Positions 13,801 through 25,500 of a stretch of DNA of 64,000 nucleotides are shown one piece after another. Position numbers and translations under genes: made by a program. The notes beneath the pieces are model-generated. The model saw only the letters and a list, made by a program, of their open reading frames with translations. It was not told the origin of the DNA and made no database searches. Origin of the DNA: Fimbriosthenelais zetlandica (taxonomy: Eukaryota); assembly GCA_977030845.1 (NCBI GenBank), contig OZ365116.1:3720001-3784000 (forward strand), read 5' to 3'. How positions within the stretch are numbered: the stretch's first letter is position 1; each line of letters opens with the position of its first letter.

Positions 13801-16073
13801 TGGTGCCAATATAAACCCATATGAGTACCCAGGAGTACTTTAATTCATGGGTGGAGGTCTCAGCCACTGCACTCTTTCAATTAGTGCTCGCTGATTATTC
13901 TCAATTCGGAGATTTAATTTAGCAAGGACAGACCTATATATGTAACTTAAGTCATTCATAATTTATTGGCACGATTACAATAAATTTAAAGTTACTTTAT
14001 ACATAGGTTCATAGTTCAGTGAGCTTCTAATGCCATTTAGATGTATTTAGTACAAAAACACTTGTCACGCCTGAAAATTATTGCATGCGAATGCCATTTA
14101 TATTTATGCCATTATGTTAAATTATTAGATAAACTCCAATGATTTAATATGCTCCATGATACGCCTCATGAAATGTTCAATATCCGAGTAAAATTAATGC
14201 ATGGAATTTAACAGTGAATATAAAGTATGTGGGTTTAATGCAAAAATGTATGATCTTGTATCATTTAATCATTTAAATGAAAGCTCTCTGCAATATGGAA
14301 ATATCATTAAGACGGAGAAGTGCTTTATTGCACTGACAGAAATCAGTAAAATGATAAGAATGATGGCCATAAAATGCAAAGCAAAATCAGATTTTATCAG
14401 ACATCTTTCTTATAAAGATAGTGATGATTTTGATATATCAAATCCCATATCAATTAATAAAGATATCTGAAATTAATAAATCCTTATTAGATTTATACCG
14501 ACCTTTATATCTGTTCACAAGCCTCGTGGAAAGTACTCTGGATTGTGGTTTTGTCTTTTGTCGATTTGGATACAGTTGAATGGCTTTGTTGTTCTATATG
14601 CTGCAGACCTGTGGATTGATTAAAGCAAGCAGCTCCACAAAGTCCCTGAGCCTCCCACTGGTAGCGTTCAGGAATTTATTAACCGATTTATGCGGATTAA
14701 ACGGTTGTGTTCGGCTATAAAGTCAGTGACTTTCTGGGTCTAAATGCTGCTTATCCTAACTTTCTACGATATCCAGCAGGGTTTGAGCTTATCGCAAACT
14801 CATAACGTTAAGAAAATCTTATATAAATGTAACTACTATGACCTAGAAACATTAAATGTGCCCAAACCAGCTTAGGCCTGTCATTGGATCGATTTTTTAT
14901 TATATTAACCGTTTAAAAAAGTGTTCCACATTACACATTTTGATAGGAAAATGATAATAGGTTTAATACAAGTTAAAATTAGTTAAAGTCGAATCTCAAA
15001 GTGAGAAACGTTTCAAATTCCTTTCCGATACATAAAGCGGATTTAATTCGTTCTTTATAATATGCTAGTCTGATAGGCAATTTAACTTATGAGTGTATAG
15101 AAAGTCTTCTTCTAAATATAGAGAGTATTTTTGGAGATACTAATGGGGGGATAATGATATCAGCCAAGGCGCGTGAACCAAGTCATTGATAACAAAAAGT
15201 GTAGACACCCAATGGCCTGGGATAAAATTAACAAGGGGAGAATGGCGACTGGGGACGTGTCTTATGAATAATCTATGAATTATCATGAGGTGGGATTAGA
15301 GATCAGGGCCACTCCCTGGCGGCTCACCCAACCAGTTAATCATTGCTTATTTGCATGCGGTCACACCATCATTTCTAAACGCTGTGGTCATGCATACATT
15401 CAGATCGAATAGCTAATATGACTTTTATTGAAATTTAGTTCTCAATGTTCCAGCTAATAGTATAGCCTATTGAAGTTCTGCTATTTATCCTAAAGTTGTC
15501 CAACCCTTTAGGCTCGTTTTACCATCAACTAATTATAGATATGTTGAGTTACTGACCATGATGTCCATGACCAAGGTCAGGAACTCAACAAATCAATCTA
15601 TGAATAGTCGATGGTAACGTATATCAGGGAAACGGGGGTAAATGACATCATGGTAAGGGCATCATGGTAACATGGTAACGGACATCATATTGAGTAGTGG
15701 ATGGTAATGGACAAAGTTTCGATATTCCCACAGCCAGCCGAATCGAACCCGAAATAATTTTCGCGGGTGCTCTTTAAAGTCCTTTTAGACCAAGTAACTA
15801 GTGGTTTGGAATGACGAGCGTCCGGAAAGATTAGGATACTTTATCAATACTTTCTATTAGGCGGGTGCCGATTAAGCAACACTCGGTTGATTTAAAAAGA
15901 TAATTGAAAATTTGTCTTCTCTGTCATTGTTTATACTATGCTATATTAAGACAAATTCTAATATAATCATTCAGACGACAGACGTCAGTCCGAAAGATTT
16001 CTGGATGATTTTGGTGCTTCCTGTAATGTAAAATGCTGAGCGATGCCCCAGTAGGCCCACCACCGGCAAAAAC

Positions 16074-16820
16074 GGGAACTAATGCTCAATGCTAAGTGAA
16101 TGGTAGCCAAGCCAATGATAAAGCATTGAGCGTTAGTTCCCCCTCTTGCCGTATAGCTGCGCAAGGGCGCAACCCCTATTATCGCTCGATCACAACAATG
16201 CTTCATTTAACTCGCCGTTTACAGGTTTTCAGACAGCTTACCTCTGTTCTTTTACATATGATGAATTCTTCGTGAGAATCTACCGACGAATTCCAATTTA
16301 GGCTCATTTTGGTGCTTCCATAGATCTGCAAATGCCGTCTGCAAATTCCGAGCGCGCTCCATTGACTTAGCATTGAGCGTTAGTCCGGTGGCGGGGTAGT
16401 CGCATGGGGCCGAAAGTGACTTAATCGTCACCGGACGGTCAACTTTAATTCGATATAGTTTCTTGTTCTAAATAAATAGCCTAAAATTTATAGGTCGCTC
16501 GGCAAATTCATAATTATTTACAGGGCACCCGCCCAACCAAATTTGTCTAGGCCCACTTCACGTTTTCATAATTTATAGGGTGCTCGCCAAGGCATTGCTA
16601 GTAAGCCTAATTTCGGCCCATGCATGTTACAATTCTGTACGAACATTTATTTTGGGCGCCAGGGTGCTCGCCATTCAGCTGTAAATTCTTTGGCGATGGA
16701 GAAGCCTATGTTTTTAGAGGGTGCACTCTATCTTTCAGAGCGCCCGCCTTATATGATGGCATTGAAATTACCCAAAATTACTTTGGGGGTGCTCTGAAAA
16801 GGTTTGCAGGGCGCTCGCCT
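16074..16820. repeat. Non-coding repeat with internal inverted repeats and a reiterated 12-mer (probable non-autonomous DNA transposon fragments)
   Basis: 20-bp hairpin 16074-16093/16122-16141 and a 26-bp inverted match 16078-16103/16359-16384. Six copies of an AGGG(C/T)GCTCGCC-like motif between 16492 and 16819. Confidence 0.5.
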
Positions 16821-17279
16821 ATATACATTTTGCAGGGTGATGAAAATGAGATTCCGGATATCTTGACTATAATGGGACTGCATGCGGCAATGATCCACTG
16901 TGATTAAAGCTGATGGTCTGAGATCAGGTTATACTTGAAGAAAGAACTGGATGGTCTGGTTGTTTTCTTGATGTTTTTATGCAAACCGGTCAACTCAGTA
17001 ACAATTGTAAATTTAATAAATTAGACACGTGTAAATCATTCAAAACAGCACCATGAATGAAGAACTATTATATTGTGAGTATATGTCAAGTGTGTGTATC
17101 ATTAATAACCAATAACATGCTCGGAATATATTCAAACTAAAACACTCCATTTTCTGTTAAGATGATCTTTATGTTCCATGCATGTTTAGTGCATCGAATG
17201 TCACCGATGAAAGTTATTTGTGGGATGAAGGCGCAGGTCCTATGTCAGTTTTACCAGGAGTAAAGCTCAGGTATTGTAT

Positions 17280-18455
17280 CTACTTTCTCAGAGACAAGTA
17301 TGCCCGGAGTTTAGGGGGCAGTGGTAACATTGTAATTTTATCGTTAATGTTATCACTCAGTGCCCTTCTAATGACTATCTTACACAGATCTTGTAAATGT
17401 CTGAACCTATTCTCCCACTGTCCATACAGCCAGTCATGTATCTCAGGGAAGGGCAGTAACTTTACTGGCCAGTTTTTCTCCTCTATCCAGGTTTCTTTTG
17501 ACAGGTCTGAGCCAGCATCCACAAACAATCTCACGAGTTTAACATCAGCCTCTCGTGAAGCAACAAACAGTGGTGTTTCTCCGAGATGGTTCACACAATC
17601 TACCTCAGCCCCGGAGTCGATCAGCAGCTCAGCGATGGCTACCTCATGCTCGCACCGACTCCTGTCCACGGCCCGCTTGGACGCGAAACAAGACAACTGT
17701 CTGTCCCTGAGATAGAAATCACTGTCTGTCCTGCACAGAGTGAGGAGATTATCATTGGCCAGGCGGTTAGCTACCAGATGCAGGGCCGTCTGCTCAATGA
17801 AGTTTCTGTGGTGGACAGACGCGCCATAAGAGATGAGATCCTGGACGAGATTCAGATCATTACAGACGACACTGTGGAAGAGAGGCGTCCACAGGTACTT
17901 CTCCTCCATGTTAACTAAAGCCCCAGCCTTGTACAGGAGCTGGACCACCTCTCTGTGAGCTCCTTCTACGGCTCTAAACAATGGTGTATGTCCCACTTCA
18001 TCCCGAGCGTCTACTTCAGCTCCTGCGTCGAGCAACCAAGCCACCACTTTAACATGGCCTTCTAAAGCTGACCAGTGAAGGGCGGTCATTAAGGCTTCAT
18101 CCCGGGCGTTAATGTTAGCCCCATGGTCAACCATCTTAGTGACCAGGTCATATAAACCCAGGCGGGCCACCATATGGAGCGGTAGACGATGACACGCCAT
18201 TTTCTCAGGGATATTAACATCGGCGCCTCCATCCACCAATAAATGAGCGATTTCAAACTGCTCCTTGATGATGGAGAGTGTGAGTGGAGTGTGGGCATAG
18301 ATGATGTAGTCCAGGTTGATACCAGCTCCTATTAGCTCCTTTACACGGTCAATGTCAGCATTGTTAATGGCAAAGTGGACTTGTACTGGTACGAAGGTAT
18401 CACGCGAAGTCTTGAAGTCTATAATGAAAAACCGGCATCCAAAGTTTATTTTCAT
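17280..18455 (-). CDS. Ankyrin repeat and SOCS box-containing protein (ASB family; putative Elongin B/C-Cullin5 E3 ligase substrate receptor), uninterrupted coding region
   Basis: Multiple ankyrin repeats (TPLTLSI, LPLHMVA, TALHWSA, TPLFRAV, TPLFHSV, TALHLVA, TPLFVAS) and a C-terminal SOCS box (HLQDLCKIVIRRAL...LPLPPKLRAYL). First ATG in the open frame is at 18455 (the ORF track uses a TTG at 18500). A possible N-terminal extension to 18720 is interrupted by TAA (see findings). Confidence 0.93.
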   Translation of the reverse strand: MKINFGCRFFIIDFKTSRDTFVPVQVHFAINNADIDRVKELIGAGINLDYIIYAHTPLTLSIIKEQFEIAHLLVDGGADVNIPEKMACHRLPLHMVARLGLYDLVTKMVDHGANINARDEALMTALHWSALEGHVKVVAWLLDAGAEVDARDEVGHTPLFRAVEGAHREVVQLLYKAGALVNMEEKYLWTPLFHSVVCNDLNLVQDLISYGASVHHRNFIEQTALHLVANRLANDNLLTLCRTDSDFYLRDRQLSCFASKRAVDRSRCEHEVAIAELLIDSGAEVDCVNHLGETPLFVASREADVKLVRLFVDAGSDLSKETWIEEKNWPVKLLPFPEIHDWLYGQWENRFRHLQDLCKIVIRRALSDNINDKITMLPLPPKLRAYLSLRK

Positions 18456-19195
18456 GAATTCAATGTTATTTAAGACCAAATCAATGTTATTTAAGACCAA
18501 ATCAAACTTGTCAGAATTAAGGTCCAGTGAACTAGTTTATATATCTGTTTTATTTAAATTATTCGTACTTGGGTGAGTAGAGCCTACGTGAAGTGGACTG
18601 GGCAGACTATGTCCATCTGACATGGATATATCAAGAGCTGGCAGGGGTGGAGGAGGTGGAGGTGGCGGGTCCAGGCATTGCTGAGGGGGTGCACGATCCT
18701 CTTGAGACATATTTTCTGAAAAAATGTATGCAAACAAATAAGTACAAATACTGAGATAGTTTAGTGAAGTACCGGTACCTGTAGGCTATCAGATAACCAG
18801 TATAATTTAATGACATTATTCATTTCACGATTTCGCATAGTTGTCATTACCATCAGAGCTGAGCCTGATTTAATAGGTGACAGAAGCATATTGAATGAAG
18901 AAAGGATTCTCAAAGATTCCCTAAGATATCAATTTAAAGTCATGGGAATGACCAGGTAAACCGTAAAAACAAAAGCTCTGCCCCGCCCCCCTGGCAGCTC
19001 TGCTGGCTAAGGCAGGCCTGACGGAAGACCGCAGGACGGGACTCAAAAAGCCCTGCAATCGGTATTATTTTCGTCTAGATGGGGTTGTCAACAACAAAAC
19101 AAGGATTATTATACATCAATGGTCTGGTAGGCATCTATATCTATGAAATTTAAAGGAAAATAACTGTCTGATACACAAATAATGCGTTAAATTAC

Positions 19196-19905
19196 CTCTC
19201 ACGAAGGCTCTTGTGTTCAGAAGTCGGCCATATTGAATCAGGGTAGTAGCGCGATTCAAAATATCAGAACGTCATATATCCCCTTTTAGAGATTGTGGGA
19301 GGTAGAATGAAAAGTAAAATTGACAAAATATTTCTAAAGATTTTTATTATGGGTCAGTTAATCATATTCTTAATCAGAACTAATATTGAGATAACTGTAG
19401 AGGGGAATCTCATCGAGAATATTTTGGTCGCGCGGTTGCTTGACAACTGCGAGATTAAAGAAATATAGCCACGTGGAATGCTTGAAGGACATGAACCTAT
19501 ACATGATATTAGAATCAGGTAGATCTAACTTTGTGCAATGCCCAAAAAATATGTTATTTTCTAATATATGAAAATTTCAGATTTATGTGGATCTATTTTA
19601 TTTTCTTACATCGGACCCCTGTGTAGGAACATTATAAATCGCGCTGCTGTAATGATAAAAAAAACATTAATTATGGACCAACATTAATTACTCTTACAAA
19701 ATATTACATTTAAAGACTAAATAGAGTGATTAAAACCATTTGAGAACTATTGTTTGGTCAAAAATTAAATAACAAAAACACAACCCTAACTAGGTCACGT
19801 GAGTTGGCCATGAAAACAAACATGGCGGACGACTGATAGTTCTGAGATGATACTTTCTCGAGATTTCGTGGATTTATTTCTACTCATTTCATCTCCTATT
19901 TCACG
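19196..19905. promoter_or_regulatory. Divergent promoter region between the ASB gene (-) and GOLGB1 (+), including both putative non-coding first exons
   Basis: Minus-strand donor gag/gtaatt at 19196/19195. Plus-strand donor cacg/gtaagc at 19905/19906. E-box GTCACGTGAG at 19794-19803 and YY1-like AACATGGCGG at 19819-19828. Confidence 0.6.
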
Positions 19906-20836
19906 GTAAGCCTAATCCAAATCCATACGCTAGTCCTGCTGAATGTTTAACCCATTTGCTTTGATTGACCTCCTTCAGAATTAGGATAAATTAGCTTTAA
20001 AAACTGGCAGGAGACAGACAAAAATATACGACGTGGTAGATTTTGTGTTTTGTACATCTGACCCAGTCACAACAACAACAAAATGAAGACAGCTGGATCA
20101 CCTATTCAGGTTCTCCCTCGCCTGATTATTAAGCAGGGCACGTTGTCATCTCGCAACAAACAATAGGCTCGATCAATACCAAGTTCTCTTTTGGTAATAG
20201 GAGGCATATGAACCTTAAGATTTGACAACTCGGACCTTTAAATTGGATCATTTTCACCCACCCTCCACTTCCTATCTTCGCCACTCAGGCCTATTATAGG
20301 AACAATGACTAAAGTATATTGCGTGTCTCACAATCTGCTAACATTGGCTTTTACAGTTATTACTTAAAAACGCCAACAATTAATGAGGGTGAATGCCGAA
20401 TGTCTACCTAGTCCTAGATAGAGGCGTGGCCCTAGCCTTGGCTTGGAGGCTTGGTCTCCTAGCATAAATATAAGCACGAATCTTAAACATTGATATTACG
20501 GTATTATAATGTCAACACCTCGATAGGATTTACCGTAACAAATAATGGGAAAGCCAAAAATACGGATTTTTATTTGTTCCTGATTCACGGAGACAAATGT
20601 GCCTAAAATTTAAGAATGTGTGAAAGCTAAGGCCACCCTGTACTTCGAACCCACCACCAAAAAATGTCCATGAACTATTATATTATATATCGTACTAATA
20701 CGGTACCGTAATATGTCAAACAGTGTTTCTATAATGTATTCATAATGAATTTACCCTTGTTGTGAAAAGGTTTTTTCGCTAATATAGACAATAAATTTAT
20801 TTATACAGGTAGTACAAGCTATAGTCTAGAGGCAGG

Positions 20837-22504
20837 ATGTGGGGTCGATTGACTGGCCTAGCCAGCACCGTCCAGGGTACCATGGAGGAAACCCTGGAGA
20901 ACCTGTCCATGGAGCAAGAGGTCAGTATATAGGACATCCTTCTATTATAGTTCAAAAGGTGAAAGGTACAATGTAATGCTGGAAATCTATTTATAATATA
21001 AAGCTTTTAGGGTTATGTAAATAAATGTCCTAGAATCTAAATTGAATAAAATAGGCCTAAAACTGTTTAAAAGCATTGAGTGGGTTAAAGTAAATAATGT
21101 GAGTGTGTGGTGTTGTAGGAGGGGGCGGAAGGCGGGACAGGTGTGATGGAGATGTCCACAGATGATCTACGTATGCAGTATGATCAGTCACAGATGCTCA
21201 TCTCACAACTGAAGGACATGGTGCGTCAGCGAGATGAGTCAGCCCGTGCTAAAGATAAAGAACTCAATGTAAGAAACTCAACCTCATTTATATCAACCGA
21301 CTTTTCCAAACTGATTTTTTCGGTCATTTTGTAAAATTATCTGTATCACTTAATGATAAAAATAGATAAACCCCCAAAAATATATATCAGTTTCCTGACT
21401 ACATAGTCCATTATCGACAAGCAAAAAGACTTTTTTGTTATCCCGTATATCAAATATATCATTTCCATTAACAAAAAGAAAACAGACATGTCTCCACATG
21501 GCGTTAAATCACCATTCATTCATTCCACTGCAGTGTGACTTTAACCAAAATAATCCTGTACATTATCCATTCCTGACGAGTGGGAGACATTTCGTGTTTC
21601 CGCTCTATGATATGGCTAATCCTAAATAATGTATTTACAGGAGGCTGGTGCCAAAATGTCCAAAATGAAACTCCAGGCCAAATCTAAGCTTGCTTCGCTG
21701 AACAAAGAGTTGGAGGAAGCTAGGAGAGTGGCCTCAGACGTAATGGAAAGAGTAAGTAGTATTAATGCTATCTTAATGAATAACCACGTTTGATACAGAA
21801 AACACTTGTCGAAATAATAACCTCATTTTCAAATCATATCTTGCACATCCATGTATAAGATGAAACTATTAGTTTGACGTCTTATAATTTAAGATAATCT
21901 TTTTTGTTGTAGAGCTCAGTTCATTCAGATGATAGTATGAGTACCACAGCATCTGAGGTGAGCTCAGTGATGGAGCAGAAATCACGGGCAAAAACTAAAC
22001 TTCTAAAGAAGAAATTGAGAGACATGGAGAAAAAACTGCTCGAGAAAGAAGAGATGATTTCTCAGAAACAGCATGAGGTGGGTTTGTTGTCCAGTAGATT
22101 ATTCTCGCTAAATGAGGGTATTTTATATGGAATGTATTTGTTTTATTTCTACTAATATTTCCCATGTTTTAAGTGTTTTATTTATTCCATATTGATGATA
22201 TATTGTAGGTGGAGGCTAAGATGCGGGTGATTGAGGAGCGAGATACTGTCGTCACTAAGTTAGAATCGACAGACACCCACGAACATATCACGCTGAAGGA
22301 AGAGGTGATTAAAGGTCGAGACAAGGCCATAGAGGTGAGGAAATAACGACAATATGTACCCATGGTTTTAAATATAGCTGTCCATTCTCTGTAGAGTGAG
22401 GAGGTGGAGTAATACCCAAGCGAGCGGAGTGATCGAGGGTATTACGAAGTCTCCCACCCGTGTAAAATAATAATGGCTAATCTAGCAAATTATGTCTTAC
22501 CTAT

Positions 22505-22575
<71 letters not shown>

Positions 22576-25500
22576 TTTGTACATATATGTGGTATCAAGC
22601 CTGTTACTCAACTTCTCGGTTTTCGTTTTAAGTTGTAGACTACTCACTTATAATGTTTAGAAATGTTAAACGGTATACAACTCTCACTGGAATACAAATA
22701 CCTAAAATAAATTACTGAAATTAATTAGTAATCTGGATCTCTTGTGTCCATAGTTGCTACAGGAGACTGTGAAGGAGAAGGAGAAAGGTTTAGAGGACCA
22801 GGCGGCCGTACTGGCCAAGTTACGGGGTAAAGTAGAGAGTTCAGAAGAGCAGGTGGATCTACTTAAAGAGCAGCTCTCCCAGGCCTCCTCCCAGAGTCAG
22901 GCTTCACAAAACCAGGTACAAAAACTATTACTACCTGGACCAGACAGATATGGTTGGTTTAAGGGGTGGTCGGATATAATTCATATAGGGAAGCACTGTA
23001 TTTTAAATCTAGAAATTAGACATTGGACTTTTTCATTCAGGTTCGTAATTTTCAATAATTGCCTATCCAGCTTTTCTTTATTCAGGTTTATAGTATTTAG
23101 TTTATTGATGAACAACCTGTAAGATGATTTTAAATCTTGTACATGAATTGTTTTGTTGAGGTTGAGCGTTTGGAGGGTGAGTTAGAGGAGAGGACGGAGG
23201 AACTGAAGCAGGCTGACGTACAGCATCAACGTGAACTACAGAGACTCGTGTCTAAAGGAGACGTGGACATACAGGTAAACCTCATTAACATGTCAACCTC
23301 TCAAAATACCCTAGCATGAAGGAAATACCATAGACATATCATTTTACAATTTCAGAATTCCAGTTAAAAACTAACTGTACACACTCTTTTTCTTTCTGTT
23401 TAATATTCTAAAAATTGTGTTAAAAAATTTTTAAAAACCATACAGGTAATGAGTAACTTTGAGGACTGTATGATTGCAGTCCCTGCTTTGATTATCCTGT
23501 ATCTATAAGAAGAATGAAGTTTGACATTGTGTTTTTATGTCCATTCCGTTAGGATCATCAGGTTTGAGCTTCTTCCCTTATGCCTGTTACCTAATATTAA
23601 GTCCCAATTTGAAGGAGCTTCATTTATATATTGCCTGCAAGAAAACTATTGCTTATAATTTCGACTCGGTCTTGTCATTGTCTTGTGCATGGGTGAAGTT
23701 TAAATGGAAATGGCAGGAATAAATATTATACATGTATGATGTGTATAAGATCTGTGGTTGTCCAAGACAGATAGAGATAGACACAAGATTAATCTCCATT
23801 TCTCAATCTCGTTATCTCTGGATTTTGGGAATAATACCTCGCTACAATACACAGGTTAATAGCCTTAATGTTGGGAAACATTGTATATAAAATGATTGAA
23901 TTTAATGTCACAATATTAAGCTATCAAACTAAAAGCCACTGTTCGACCTTGCTTGTCACAGAGGTGTATTTTATTTTATTTTATTTTATTTAGGACGAAG
24001 TGTTAAAGTTGTATGAACAGAAGTTGAAGGACACGTCCGAGATCCTTCAGTCCAAGGTCAAGGTGATTAGCGTGCTCCAGGGAGAGATCGGTACCAAGGA
24101 GAAGGAGCTACTGGAGCTGGGAACCAAGGTGAAGGTCACAGAGGAGCGGCTCTCTATGACAACTGAGCAGATGAGACTGATGCAGGTCAGTGGTCACTTA
24201 CATCATGCAGGCTAATTATCCACAGTCATATACTATACTGTAATCGACTCTTTGGACTCTTTAAAATAGTGTCCATTAATTAGACGGAGCTATATATGAA
24301 CCCTCACGCATTTTAAACAGGGAGAAAGTGTTCCCCACTAACAGGTTTTTCCGTATATTATTTCACTGCTAGGAAGTAAAGCAATTGTTACAATACAGAA
24401 ATCCCTTGAACATCATCACATAAATTTGAATCTTTCTCGCCATTCCAGGAAAACTTTGTGGGTATGGAATCATCATGGAAGGAAGAGAAAACAGCCCTGA
24501 AGGACATGGTAACAGCCATGGAGATGGAGAAAAACAGCCAGGTTCAGCAAGTAACAGCTGCATTAAAACAGTACGAGGGAGCTTACAACCAAGCCGCAGC
24601 CCAGTACGCTACTCTCCAACAACAGTACGCTCAGGTAGGCTCGATACGCTCCATACTATAGCTAACCTTGGTTCAAATGTTTTTCTGGCCGTTATGTGAG
24701 GTGGCTGGTATATGTTGAATTTTTGTCTATTTTTTTTTAATTTAATATCAATCTTTAGTACCAATCTTGTAGATTAAAATGTATTTTTTGTGTATATCAA
24801 ACAGGTTACGGCTGAATTGGAACAAGCCCGTGCGTCCTCCTCAGGCCCCAGCCCTGAGGCCTCGACATCTGATGATTCTAAGATAAGGGAAGAGTTGGCA
24901 GCGGTCCAGAAAGAGCTGGAGGTGAAGAGCAAAGAGCTGGAGGAGAAGGAGAGAGAGGTGGAAGGTATGAAGAAAAACACAGCTGAGGCGAGCACCAAAT
25001 CAGACACCAAGTTTACCAAGTATAAAGCCCAGGCCACGGCCAAGGTGAAGCGACTAGAGAAGCAGCTAGAAGAACTGCAAAAGGTAAGCTTCCCAAATCG
25101 TTTTATCATTTAAATATTTGGAAAAACTTTCTCTCGACATCTTTCCTTTGTCCTTGTAAAAGTTCTCAAGGGGGGATTTTCACCTGCTGATCTCACATTG
25201 TTTGACATGATTTACATATAACACTTTATGATTTTTTTCAGAGTTCCAACCTAGCAGAGGAAGTAGTAGCATTGAAGAACCACCAAGCGGAGCTGGAGGA
25301 TGAGAAAGGTAATCTACAGCTGAGGATCGTCGACCTAGAGGACTCCCTCGCTACGCAAGGTGAAGGTCCAAACACCTCTCCTCACTCACCTCCCTCCATT
25401 ATACTTCTACCCCTGACTCTCCCTCCATCCCTTCCTTATCCTTCTACCCCTGACTCTCCCTCCATTCCTTCCTTATCCTTCTACCCCTGACTCTCCCTCC

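Noticed and set aside
14201-14470. 89-aa AT-rich ORF
   Set aside because: No recognisable domain and no convincing splice context; could be TE debris.
17182-17918. Plus-strand ORFs of 177 and 110 aa
   Set aside because: Antisense overlaps of the ASB gene with no independent signature.
22405-22445. 9-bp hairpin gtaataccc...gggtattac next to the TTTA run
   Set aside because: Too short to assign; probably a common small repeat fragment.
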